Assembly (NCBI RefSeq): GCF_963676685.1
Contig: NC_092352.1
Location: 14,384,001-14,448,000 of the forward strand
Source: Mytilus edulis
Lineage: Eukaryota
DNA: 64,000 bases
Reading direction: 5' to 3'
The position numbers were made by a program, and so were the translations under genes. The notes under the pieces were generated by a model. The model saw nothing but the letters and a program-made list of their open reading frames with translations. It was not told the origin of the DNA and did no database searches. Positions within the stretch are counted from its first letter, which is position 1. Each line of letters starts with the position of its first letter. Positions 1-10,941 of the stretch are shown here, piece by piece.

Positions 1-477
1 TTTAGAAAGAGGTTTCGTGGAGCACTTGGAAGACCCAGCAATATACCGTTGTTTGTAAGGACACTTATGTAGTTTAGGTATCCAATACAGTGATGGAAGA
101 TCCAGTTCTTCATCTTTTGTTGAAATACCAAAGGAACAAAGAACAGACCTATGATTATCCAGGATTTCCTCTTTGGTAAGTGTCGTGAGGGTATATGTTG
201 AGTTTCCTAGTGAATTGTCTATACCTAATTCGTTTATCAAGCAATTAATATAGTGACTTTTACTGACAAAAACGATGTTATTTGGGACTTTGTCTGCGGG
301 GACAACAACATATTTATCATGGAGGTCGGATAAGTGTTTAGCAACATTTGGGTCTTTAAAGATTGACGTAGCATGGGCATTGATGGACCCATTCAGTTTC
401 TTGATTCTGATTTGTATTAACGACCTCACTGCCTTAATCCATTCGGATAGAGTGTCTACGTCTTCCTTTTCACGTTT
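1..477 (-). mobile_element. Penelope-like retroelement reverse transcriptase fragment (5'-truncated, runs off the window start)
   Basis: Stop-free minus-strand frame 477->1: KREKEDVDTLSEWIKAVRSLIQIRIKK...LHDKYVVVPADKVPNNIVFVSKSHYINCL...LPSLYWIPKLHKCPYKQRYIAGSSKCSTKPLSK. PADK and YWIPKLHK are characteristic of the N-terminal part of Penelope RTs. Confidence 0.85.
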
Positions 478-2572
478 AATAATATTCTCTAAAAGCTCCA
501 ATATTTTTATCCAAATTCGAAAGTATATTCAGATTCAGAAGATCCAGTTTAGTTTGGGACTTCAATATAACTTGATTTTTAGAGAATTGTTCTACTGCGT
601 TAGGTACAAGTAAAGAAAAGTAAGCCTTTTTTGAAGCAGATGTTTTGGCTATCTTTGACTTGCTTTGCAGAGAATTTACGGAATATTGTAACGAATGTGA
701 TGTCACTGCTGTAAATATTGGTAGCAAGAATACAGTCGTTGCCATGAAGAGAAACAAGAATCTATGTCCTATGAACACAAAAACTAAAGCTACTGCTATA
801 ACGGAAAATAAAGAATATCCCCACAAGTGGCGAAACGCGGAAACAAAATGATTTGAACGTTTAAATTCTTCTTCAACGGCGCTTTGAGGTATCCAGTGTG
901 TGTTGTTTGTTATAATTGCATGAAACGCACGACAGATCCTGACTGTACCAGTTACTGCTTCCGGTGTAAATTGCAAAATGGATGCTATCGTTTCTATAAT
1001 AACTATTTTATACGTTTTACTATTGCAAGTTGCGAACTTTGGAAATATGATTACTAGAAACATAGTCACCGATATAGAAGCATATTCATTTTTAAAAATG
1101 CCAAACATATGAACAATTAGAAATAGTAGCAAGAGCGGCTTTACAAACATTTGTCTCAGCGCACAATGAGCAATAAATGAAAATACAAAATCGTGTTTTG
1201 AAATTGTTCTTACTGTAGGTTCAACAAAGTTTTTCTGGAATTTTCTTTGCAGACATCTAAGAGGTTTTCCTAAAATCTTTGGCGAGTAATACATCGCTAA
1301 TAAAACCTCTCCTTTGTTCCATCTTCTTTCCCTTATACCCCATGTGACATAGTTATAGGGTGGAGCTTCCTTGAGCGGTATACTACCAACATACAAGACA
1401 TTCATAATAGATGCTTCAAAAGAGTCATGGCTGAGAACATCTATTGGTACACGTTCGATCAATTTCGCTTTATATCCGATTACTTTCTGAATGTATAATT
1501 TGTTATTTATTAACCCTTTCCCGAAAAAGGACGAATGATCGAAAAGAGCGGTCATAGCATTCGTCAATGGTAAGTTGATTACTTGTCGCATCGCGTCTAA
1601 ATGCATAAAAAGAGTGTCCCCTTTCTTACAATCAACCTCAATACCTGGTTGTATTATTCCACGATCCGGATTTCCGGCTGCCACATCCAATAGCTTGATA
1701 ACAGTACCCTCTGGAACTGTTGTGTCGCCATCCAGAACTAATGTATAGTCAAACCGTTTTCCCACAATTCTCCCCGTATCGGCGGAAGTTTCAAATAAAA
1801 GAACTCCATACGTGCGTGCGTAATCGTTATACAATTCTCGATCACAGTACGTGTAGGCTTTCGTTTCCCCCTCTGATAAAAGGATGAGATCTTGGTATTG
1901 GCCACATTTTCTCAAAACTTTTGATAGTCTGTGAACGACCATAAAATTGTCCATTCGCTCTTTACAAATACTGTGGATATGAAATGATTTTAACTCTTTC
2001 GTAACATAATCTCTATATGCACTCCAAAAATTTTGAAGACGAGGTCCATCAATTTCATTGTAGCGCATTTTGCAAAATGCCATGCCTTCGAGGTACAATT
2101 TAGAATATATCATTCTTCGAATGTCATCGCGAACATAGAGCTCATAATCCTTAAGTTTTACATCCTTCGTTGCACTGACTAGAACGGCTGCGACGTTTGC
2201 GTGTAAATTTCCCATATATGCCTCAAACATATTTTGCATACATTCGTCTATATCGTTTTCGCACGTGGCGAGAAGATTATAATTTAGTATCAATTTTAAT
2301 TTATGGTTCTTAGTAGAAACTGGTACTCGTCCATGTCCTCCAAGAGCAATACAAAATATTGTTTGCATGGGTATCTCTAATACGGTTCCCTGTAAAACCG
2401 CTAATAAAATAATCAAAATCACACCGGTGAGCCAATGGGAACGCTTCCAGTCAATGTTTAATGTATTTAAAACAATCGAAATAATTATGAAAAATATCCA
2501 AATTCCAAAATACAGAAAAAGTTTTAATTTATTTCCCATAGCTAAGTTAAACTCCTTAAATCTTTTATGCAA
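476..2572 (-). CDS. Intronless GT2-family membrane glucosyltransferase, OpgH/MdoH-like (beta-1,2-glucan synthase-type motifs), 698 aa
   Basis: Two N-terminal hydrophobic segments, a soluble GT-A domain and several C-terminal TM segments. Motifs RKCGQYQD, YTLVLDGDT (DxD), NPDRGIIQP, SFFGKG, VLSHDSFEA and EAPPYN...RERRWNKG correspond by eye to OpgH (RKSGN, VLDADS, GIIQ, LSHDFVEA, EELPPN..RDRRWC.G) and to the cyclic beta-1,2-glucan synthase GT domain. Confidence 0.8.
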   Translation of the reverse strand: MHKRFKEFNLAMGNKLKLFLYFGIWIFFIIISIVLNTLNIDWKRSHWLTGVILIILLAVLQGTVLEIPMQTIFCIALGGHGRVPVSTKNHKLKLILNYNLLATCENDIDECMQNMFEAYMGNLHANVAAVLVSATKDVKLKDYELYVRDDIRRMIYSKLYLEGMAFCKMRYNEIDGPRLQNFWSAYRDYVTKELKSFHIHSICKERMDNFMVVHRLSKVLRKCGQYQDLILLSEGETKAYTYCDRELYNDYARTYGVLLFETSADTGRIVGKRFDYTLVLDGDTTVPEGTVIKLLDVAAGNPDRGIIQPGIEVDCKKGDTLFMHLDAMRQVINLPLTNAMTALFDHSSFFGKGLINNKLYIQKVIGYKAKLIERVPIDVLSHDSFEASIMNVLYVGSIPLKEAPPYNYVTWGIRERRWNKGEVLLAMYYSPKILGKPLRCLQRKFQKNFVEPTVRTISKHDFVFSFIAHCALRQMFVKPLLLLFLIVHMFGIFKNEYASISVTMFLVIIFPKFATCNSKTYKIVIIETIASILQFTPEAVTGTVRICRAFHAIITNNTHWIPQSAVEEEFKRSNHFVSAFRHLWGYSLFSVIAVALVFVFIGHRFLFLFMATTVFLLPIFTAVTSHSLQYSVNSLQSKSKIAKTSASKKAYFSLLVPNAVEQFSKNQVILKSQTKLDLLNLNILSNLDKNIGAFREYY

Positions 2573-4682
2573 TAATGTTGTAATCCCTGAGATTTGAATT
2601 TTTTTTTTTAATGTCGATCAGAATGAACGATTGTGTATCAAGCTTCTTTTCAAAACGAAAGGGTTAGAAACTTGACAGCCAACGTGGACCTATAATCTCC
2701 TTATATCAGTCATTCCATTTGATATTTGATTCTGAATTGTCATATCTAGTCATAACTGGTGTTGATTTCAAAGTAGTATAAATTTAAAATGTCAACGCTT
2801 TGATTTCAGACGAATTTGTTTTGCTCGTTCTTTAATACTTGAAATGGGTAAGCGGTTTCGGAAAATAAGAAAAAAATGCTGTTGGCTTTTATTTATCAAA
2901 ACCAATTAAGTACAAAAATTCTATTACCAACTATATTCACCAAATGTTCAAATGATTTAGAAATAAAATAAAATGCCAAGACATAAAAATCATGTGTGTG
3001 GAGTATGGTTAAAACCTGTGGAAAAATAACCTTCAAACCGAAAAGGGATAGACATTTGGTAGCACCATTGCAATAATAAGTATTCATTTATTTGTGAAAA
3101 TATTTACAAGGTAAAACGGTAAAATAAACAGACTTCCTTTCTTTCAATGGTAACGTTTGATTTGAAAACTGTTAGTATCTTCAATCACTAACGTGTTATT
3201 ATGTCTACAAGTTTTCCCCCACATTCTCTGATTACATTAGCTCTAAACAGGAGTCTTTTGACATGAAACATGACAATCTTTAGGGAAGTTCCATCTCCGG
3301 TCCGGATTCTGTTCATCTATGGGGAGTAGGGATTTCTTATACCAGAACGGAATCTATCACTGCGCTGGATTGTTGATACATAGAAGTTAAGAAAAAGTTA
3401 AATAACAAAAATACCGAACTCTGAGGGAAATTCAAAGTGGAAAGTCCCTAATCAAGCGAATGGATAACAATTTGTTCTCTAAATGTAAGATAACTTTCTC
3501 GATTTTGATCACATGATGAATTTTGTTACTAATTGAATAAAAACGTAATTGCAGTAGAAGACATGAACATGTACTACCAACAAGAAGACAACGACAACAT
3601 TCGTGACCGATTCCAGACTTATAATACTAACGTTGATTAACATATATTTTCAATCTATAATATGAAATTAAACAGACCTAAAAACAAAATGCAGTTGCAC
3701 GAGTCCGCTTTCTATTTATATCTAAATTTATGTTTATATTGCTTATATGACCATCAGATGTCTTCTGAGGTCAACTCGAAAGTTAATTATTTGACGTTAA
3801 GACTAAAATTTACACGAAACGAAGCTACATGTTATTGAGCTCATGACCTGTAAATTGTTTATTATAGATTTTTTATAATTTGAATAAATGTTTTACGTGG
3901 TTATAAATCAAATATATAAATTCGAGTCAAATCGGTGAACATGAATTTAACAGCTAGTGCTCTTTTAAATTTCTATCCATTCGACCTGTAAATGACTAAG
4001 GAAAATTCAAAAAAAATATATCGTCTATGATATATAGGGTAAGGTATTGTTTTTGTGGGTTTTCTTTTATCATTAATGGTTATCAGTTTAGTGGCTGTAA
4101 TGATATACATTCATCTTTTTGTATATTTGTTACATAACTTGTACTTATGAAATAAGAAATATGAAATACTAGTATGTTTCTCTTATCGTTGCTATCAGTG
4201 AATTAAATATCAGTCCCTACTTTGCATAAGATAAAGGATAAGAATAGGAATGTGTCAAAGATACAACACACTATGTTATTATCAAGTTATGATCTCACGA
4301 TATGCATGGTGCAAAATTGGGGTGAAATCTCTATATAATTTGTTACTATAATAAATTTAATATTAAGGAGAACACAAACGAGAAATATTTTTCAAATGTA
4401 GCATCATTTAAAAAAATCTGGTTTCCTTTTTAGTTTAATGCTTTAATTTCCAAAGACGGCAAAGAAGACAACAGTGAAGACACACTAGAATCTCCATTGT
4501 TTGTAAAACAATTGAAAGGTCTTTCCTGTAAAAGTGATGTTTTCGTAATGTGCTGTGTACGACCTTTCGTTTGATAAACGATAAGCATACCTTCTGAAAC
4601 TTTTCGCTTTTTACATTTAATGACCTCATCGGCTTCATTTTTGAGATCGGAAGTATGATATATGTAACACAGGGTAGAGGAG

Positions 4683-5095
4683 CTTTCATTTGATATGAGA
4701 CAACGCCATGTTCTAGAAGTTAGATTTTTGCACTAAATAACCCTATCCAACTCATTTTTTGGATCGGTAATTTGATATTTCAAAGTACACATGACCTTTC
4801 ATTTGATATAAAACAATCGTATCGTAAAAGAAAATTTATTGTTTGCACTCAATGACCCCATCCAACCATTTTTTGTGGGACGTCAATTTGAAATTTGAAA
4901 TGTACGCTTTATGTTCTATCATTTGATATGCGACAACTTTACCATCTGAGAAATTTTAATTTTTTCACTAAATGACCCCCCCCTTTCCCCCTTCCCCCTG
5001 GGATGAAACAGAGGTTCAAAATTTTCATTTTTAAGTAGAGTTTAATGAGACCTTCAATTTTGATATATCAGATGACCCCATTTGACAAAGTGCCA
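4683..5095. repeat. Degenerate ~120-bp tandem repeat (about 4 units)
   Basis: Recurring TTTCATTTGATAT...GCACTAAATGACCCC motifs near 4685, 4797, 4918 and 5055. Confidence 0.5.
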
Positions 5096-5148
5096 AAAAT
5101 GATGCAATATCAACTATATAAATAGAAGTTATGAAACTTACAAAGTCA

Positions 5149-5472
5149 ATGAGAGCCGTGGTGTTGTGGTTAGTACATCGGACTACTAACACAAAGGTTC
5201 CTGGTTCGATTCCCGTTTGGGATGAAAATTTCAGGAACTCTATTTTCGGCTCTCCCTTGACACCATCTGCGAGTATGGTCTTGAGGAAACGATGATAGTC
5301 CGTCGAAAATGGCTGACCCGTGTTAAGAGAGAGCCATATCTCTTGCACGTTAAAGACACCCTTGTAAATTTCGAAAACGAGTAGTCGCACCCGCACAGTG
5401 GAAAGGGAATAATATAAGTTGCAAAACTTGTTTCCCAATCCACTATAAATAAATATGTTTAAACTAAACTAA
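5149..5472 (+). mobile_element. tRNA-derived SINE (Nin/Deu-like central domain)
   Basis: tRNA-like head with A box TGGTGTTGTGG (~5158) and B box GGTTCGATTCC (5203-5213), central CCCGTGT...GCACGTTAAAGA, and a (TAAAC)n tail. A second copy lies at 48711-49029. Confidence 0.8.
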
Positions 5473-6563
5473 TGCAAAACATGAAAATTTCAAATTGATT
5501 TTTTGGGTGTTTTTTTCCATGGAATGTTTTCGGTATTTAGTCAAACATATAACTATGTTAACCTCTTCAATTTCTTAAACATTTTAAGTGATAAGCTGTT
5601 GTTGATTCAGAAATACATGCTGCCGCTCGCAAAATTGCAAACTGCATTATCTTTAAAACGACAATAGATATCTCAAATCTGTTAAATAATAAATAATCTA
5701 CAGTTGAAGGACAACATTATAGAAAAAAATGGGACAATTCCAAAGTTCATCAATGTCACAATGAATCATCAAATATATGATGCAATACCAAACTTGAGAA
5801 CCGAAAGTCGTTCATGGACTATGAAGAGACATGGAACTACCACCATTCAACTCAGGACTACTTGACCTTTCAAATATCACAAGGTCAAGGTCATTGTATA
5901 CTGTGAAGGTCAAGGTGATATTTCATCATGAACTGACATTGACCTCAAATTGAAGGTCTTGAATTACTGATCATCTTTGCAGTTTATAGTAGGTTGATAT
6001 CTGTTACCTTTAAAAAGATATACACACAATACTATACTTTTAAGAATCATCCCGTTGTAACTTTTGAACAGACGGTTTAACATTTTTGGCCTTATTGTAT
6101 AAAATGTAGAGCTCGTCGAGGGGAACAATTTATACGCTGTATGTATGCAGCAAAGTCTTATCGTTTTCCTAATATGTAAGCTTGAAATTGCAGCGTAATT
6201 TTTTTTTGCACTCGGTTACCTTTGACCTTGTGTGCATTTTAAAGGTCACATGAATTAAAGATTATTGGTGAAGGTTCCAAGTCTCTATGACTTCTGGTTC
6301 TCGAAATTAAATTTTTCAAAAATTATTTATAATTTTTAAAGGGAAATAACTCCTTATAAGGTTTAGGAACAAAGTAATTGTTTATGTTTATAAACATTAC
6401 CATCTGTTCTTGTACATGCTGCCTTTTTTAAATCGATTCTATCTCTAATACTTTAAAAAAAAATGCAAATAAAAGAAATTCCTTCAAGGGGACATAACTC
6501 TCAAAGGAGATGATGACCTCTTACGCAGTCTCATATGGTAATACATCATGATGAAATCTACCT

Positions 6564-6860
6564 CTGTCCAGATAAGTTTATGATATCTTTAAAAACAACG
6601 AGGTGGGGCTATGTCGAAGAATAACAATAAAAGGGAGATAACTTCTACGGGGGATGATGAAATCCTACACAGCCTCATCTGATAATACTTCATGAGATCT
6701 ACCGATGGTCCATTGTCCAGATAAGTTTATGATATCTTTAAAAACAACGAGGGGGGGCCATGTCGAAGAATAACAATAAAAGGGAGATAACTTCTACAGG
6801 GGATGATGAAATCCTACACAGCCTCATCTGATAATACTTCATGAGATCTACCGATGGTCT
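6564..6860. repeat. Near-identical ~149-bp tandem duplication
   Basis: TGTCCAGATAAGTTTATGATATC...GATCTACCGATGGTC occurs twice head-to-tail. Confidence 0.85.
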
Positions 6861-6985
6861 CGCGTAGAGGAAAGACCTTGATAATTGAAACTTCGATGAA
6901 TGAGTCACAACAACGGAAAATTATTGATTTCTTATCGTTTCCAATCGTTACCTGACTAGATAGAATAAAAATAACAAATTACTGT

Positions 6986-7165
6986 TAAAAAGTAAAATCA
7001 CAAAAATACTGAACTCAGAGGAAATTCAAAAAGGAAATTCCCTAATCAAATGGCAAATTCAAAAGCGCAAACATACCAATAGAAAGGATAACAACTGTCA
7101 TATTCCTGATTTGGTACAGGCAATTTCTTAATATGTAGAAAATGGCGGATTTAACCTGCAGGTTT
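6986..7165 (+). repeat. Abundant interspersed repeat (AAAAGTAAAATCACAAAAATACTGAACTC family)
   Basis: Homologous copies near 3395, 13706, 26600, 27303 and reversed near 18790-18950. Confidence 0.7.
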
Positions 7166-7171
7166 TAAATA

Positions 7172-7480
7172 CTTATTAAAGGTACCAAGATTATAATTTG
7201 ATACGCCAGACGCACGTTTCGTCTAAATAAGACTCATCAGTGACGCTCAGATCAAAATAGTTATTCAGCCATACAAGTACAAAGTTGAAGAGCATTGGAG
7301 ACCAAAAATTCCAAAATATTGTGCCAAATACGACTAAGGTAATCTATGCCTGGAATCAGAAAATTCATAGTATTTCGAAAAATTCAAACTTTTGTAAACA
7401 GGAAATTTATAAAATGACCACATAATTGATATTCATGTCAACACCGGAGTGCTGACTACTGACTGGTGATACCCTCGGGT
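7172..7480 (-). mobile_element. Retrozyme monomer (hammerhead-containing non-autonomous retroelement)
   Basis: Contains the hammerhead at 7203-7246; homologous to copies at 10041, 18500, 24435 and 26827. Confidence 0.8.
7203..7246 (-). ncRNA. Type I hammerhead ribozyme, intact core
   Basis: Minus strand reads GCGUCA CUGAUGA GUCU-UAUU-UAGAC GAAAC GUGC GUC UGGCGU: stem I, conserved core, stem II, minimal stem III and GUC cleavage triplet. Confidence 0.85.
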
Positions 7481-7813
7481 AGCTAAACCTCTCTCTTGTT
7501 TGACAGTCGCACTGAATTCCATTATATTGACAACGATACGTGAAAACAAAACAGACATAAAAGATAGAAAATGTCAAAAATAGGGGTACAACAGTCATCA
7601 TTGTGTTATAATCTTAATCACCATAAAAACAAACAAATATGTAACAAATAATCACAAAATGTCATATAGACCAAGTAAATTAGCAAAAATTAAAGACAAG
7701 AACACACAAATTTTACATAGTACAATAACACAATGTCGGGATATTTAAGTATAGAGACTCGTAAGATGTAAGTATCAAAGAACCATAATAAGGCATATAG
7801 ACAAAGCACATTA

Positions 7814-9584
7814 GGGACTGTTCAATATTTATCAGATGGATGGGCCGGTGCAAAATGGGGCGGGGCAAGCACTTTTTTGTGGAAATATTTGGATGGGCAA
7901 GAACTTTTTTTAATATATATAGTAGATGGGCTAGAACTGATTTTATTTGAAAAAAATTTGCTTTCAATTTTATTGGTGTGGAGGAAATTCCTTTTGCAGG
8001 CACAAAAAACATAAGGGACATGGTCTCAACAATAATTTTCAGTTTATGCCAAATCCAGATAGTCAACTTTAATTTTTTTTATAACTTTTTCAAATCAACA
8101 TGGATTTTCATAAAACTCTACAATTATTTCATTTATATATTGATCTTACAGAATACCAGGTTGTTTGGTAGTTTGGTGAATTGCTTTCATCCTATGGATT
8201 TAATAAATAGGTTAAAAAAAAGCTAAAATTTTCAGTTTTGGCTAAATCCAGATAGTCATCTTTAATTTTTTTCATAACTTTTTCAGATCAACTGACATTT
8301 TCATAAAACTCTACAATTATTTCATTTATATATTGATCTTATAGAACACCAGTTTGTTTTGGTAGTTTGGTGTATTGCTGTCATTCTATGGATTTAATAA
8401 ATAGGTTAAAAAAAAAGCTAAAATTTTCAGTTTTGGCTATATCCAGATAGTCATTTTTATTTTTTTTTCATAACTTTTTCAAATCAACTGACATTTTCAT
8501 GAAACTCTACAATTATTTCATTTATATATTGATCTTACAGAATACCAGGTTGTTTGGTAGTTTGGTGAATTTCTGTCATTCTATGGATTTAATAGAAAGG
8601 TTAAAAAAGCTAAAATTTTCAGTCTAGGCTGAATCCAGAAAGTCATCTTTAATTTTTTTTATAACTTTTTCAAATTAACATGGATTTCCATAAAACTCTA
8701 TAGTTATTTCATTTATATATTGATCTTACAGAATACCCGGTTGTTTGGTAGTTTGGTGAATTGGTGTCATTCTTATGGATTTAATAAAAAGGTTAAAACA
8801 AGCTTAAATTTTCAGTTTAGGCCAAATCATTGGATAGTCATCTTTAAACTTTTTTATAACTTTTTCAAATCAATTTAGATCTTCATATAACTCTACAGCT
8901 ATCTCATTTATAAATTAATCTTACAGAATGCCAGGTTGTTTGGTGTTTTACTGTCAAATGTTCAGATTTAATTAATAGGTGAAAAAGGGTGCATCAAAGT
9001 CAAAAATATGTCTGCCTAAATTGCTTAAAAAGACCATAATTTCTTTTTTGAAAGATTAGATAAAGGGACATTGGTATTTGAACTATATTTAACATGCTGT
9101 GTTATTAAGACAATAATTAGTAATTCAGCATATGATAATATTTTTACTAGTCCAAGAGTTATTGTCCCTTAGTTTAAATTATTTCCTTTATTTTAAATCA
9201 ATATTGTATCTGAGGCTGCAAATATAAAATCAAATATATACATGTATATTCATGCTGGTTTTAAAAACAATAAAATGTATGGTTCTGATACACACTTAAA
9301 TATTTATATAAATGGAATTAACTAGCACATTTTAAATTTTGTATTTACACCAAAGTCTATTCTTTGATTTCAAGACATAAACCTGCAAACTTTCAAATAG
9401 AAAAAGAACTTTAATATTTTTTGATTGTTTTAAGCTTTAGAGGGGCAAGGACTTTTTTTTATAGATTTTTTTAGATGGGCGAGGACTTTTTTTTCAGAAT
9501 TTAAAAGGATGGGCATTAACTTTTTTAATGAATTAATATTAAGAATACACCGGCCCATCCATCTGATAAATATTGAACGGTCCC
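7814..9584. mobile_element. PIF/Harbinger-type non-autonomous DNA transposon carrying an internal satellite array
   Basis: ~37-bp TIRs GGGAC(T/C)GTTCAATATTTATCAGATGGATGGGCCGGTG; TTA target duplication at 7811-7813 and 9585-9587. Confidence 0.85.
8036..8975. repeat. Tandem array of five ~193-bp units
   Basis: Units beginning TTTTCAGTTT..GC.AAATCCAGATAGTCA at about 8036, 8229, 8424, 8616 and 8809. Confidence 0.9.
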
Positions 9585-10040
9585 TTAGCAAAACTAAAAG
9601 GCAAGCATGCAAAAATGTTTTATAATAGCAAACTAACGTCATGTAAAAGTACAGTGCACTTCATATGTATAAAAGAACCCCCGAAAGGCATATAGAAAAA
9701 GCACATTAATTGATATTCAAATCTTTGCAGTTTATCAAAGGTTTAGTTACGGCGTTCTCCGAGTGCTGTTGAGTGAATATCTTTGGGTGGAATCAGTTTC
9801 AGAAAACAATTTAAAGGTTTGTATAAAATTACATAAAAGGGGAGTCTTGTCAGTAACAATGATTATTCTATCTCTCTTTATTTTGTATGTAAATCTAACA
9901 TCAATACATTCATTTTAAAACTGTCTCTCATTATTAAAATGCCATAATCAGTGCAACATACATAAATAAGATATGAAATCATATAACCGGCTCTTGTTAC
10001 TTGATAACCTTATAAACTTACAATGTTAAAATTGTGAAGA

Positions 10041-10399
10041 CACCACTGGATCGATGCCACTGCTGGTGGACGTTTCGTCCCCGAGAGTATCACCAGCCCA
10101 GTAGTCAACACTTCGGTGTTGACATAAATATCAATAATGTGGTCCTTTTTTTTTATTATAAATTTCCTGTTTACAAAACAATGAATTTTTCGAAAAAATA
10201 AGGATTTTCTTATCCCAGGAATAGATTACCTTAGCCGTATTTGGCACAACTTTTTGGAATTTGGGATCCTCAATGCTCTTCAACTTTGTACTTGTTTGGC
10301 TTTATGAATATTTTGATATAAGCGTCACTGATGAGTTTTATGCACACGAAACGCGCGTCTGGCGTACTAAATTATAATCCTGGTATCTTTGATAACTAT
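10041..10399 (+). mobile_element. Full-length retrozyme monomer (~360 bp); hammerhead at 10322-10365 with degenerate stem II
   Basis: GCGTCA CTGATGA GTTTTATGCACAC GAAAC GCGC GTC TGGCGT, followed by the family end ...GGTATCTTTGATAACTAT. Confidence 0.8.
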
Positions 10400-10941
10400 C
10401 ATAAAAAAATGAATGCTCAGTCAAATATCATATTATTCATACATATTTCAATTATTTTAAATATATCAAGTTATGTATGGTACAGAATAAGGATAAGGTG
10501 TCTTATCTAATGTTGTTATTATGATAGCCAAAATATTGTGAAGATAATATAGATTGTTCTTTTGCAAATGCAGCATGATGATTTAAAATAAACTAATCAG
10601 GGTTTTCCTTTTAGTTTAATACTTCTGCTTTCAAAACATGGCGAAGAAAAACAAATAAATTTTGAAATTACATGATAGTGACACCATCGGTGAGAAGCAG
10701 TGACGGGGAGAGTCTTTATTATTCGGTTAACTGACCTTTATCAGAAAACAATTTAAATGTTTCTGTATAATTATGATGAAAGGGAGTCTTGTCTTCAATA
10801 GTGATTGTTCTATCTCTTTCTTTTCATGTAAATCTAACATCAATAACTAATTGTAGTAGTTTACATTTTAAAATTGTTTAATTGTCACATTGCAATTCCA
10901 TTTATCAAATAACTGTCTTTTCTCATCGTATTACCGTTTAA

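Noticed and set aside
275-613. Plus-strand short ORFs (275-613, 645-851, 20561-21625 and most other 60-130 aa ORFs)
   Set aside because: They are antisense shadows of real CDSs or chance ORFs in AT-rich repeats, with no recognisable motifs.
5151-5222. tRNA gene
   Set aside because: The A/B boxes are followed by a SINE body and tail that has a second copy with a TSD; this is a SINE head, not a tRNA.
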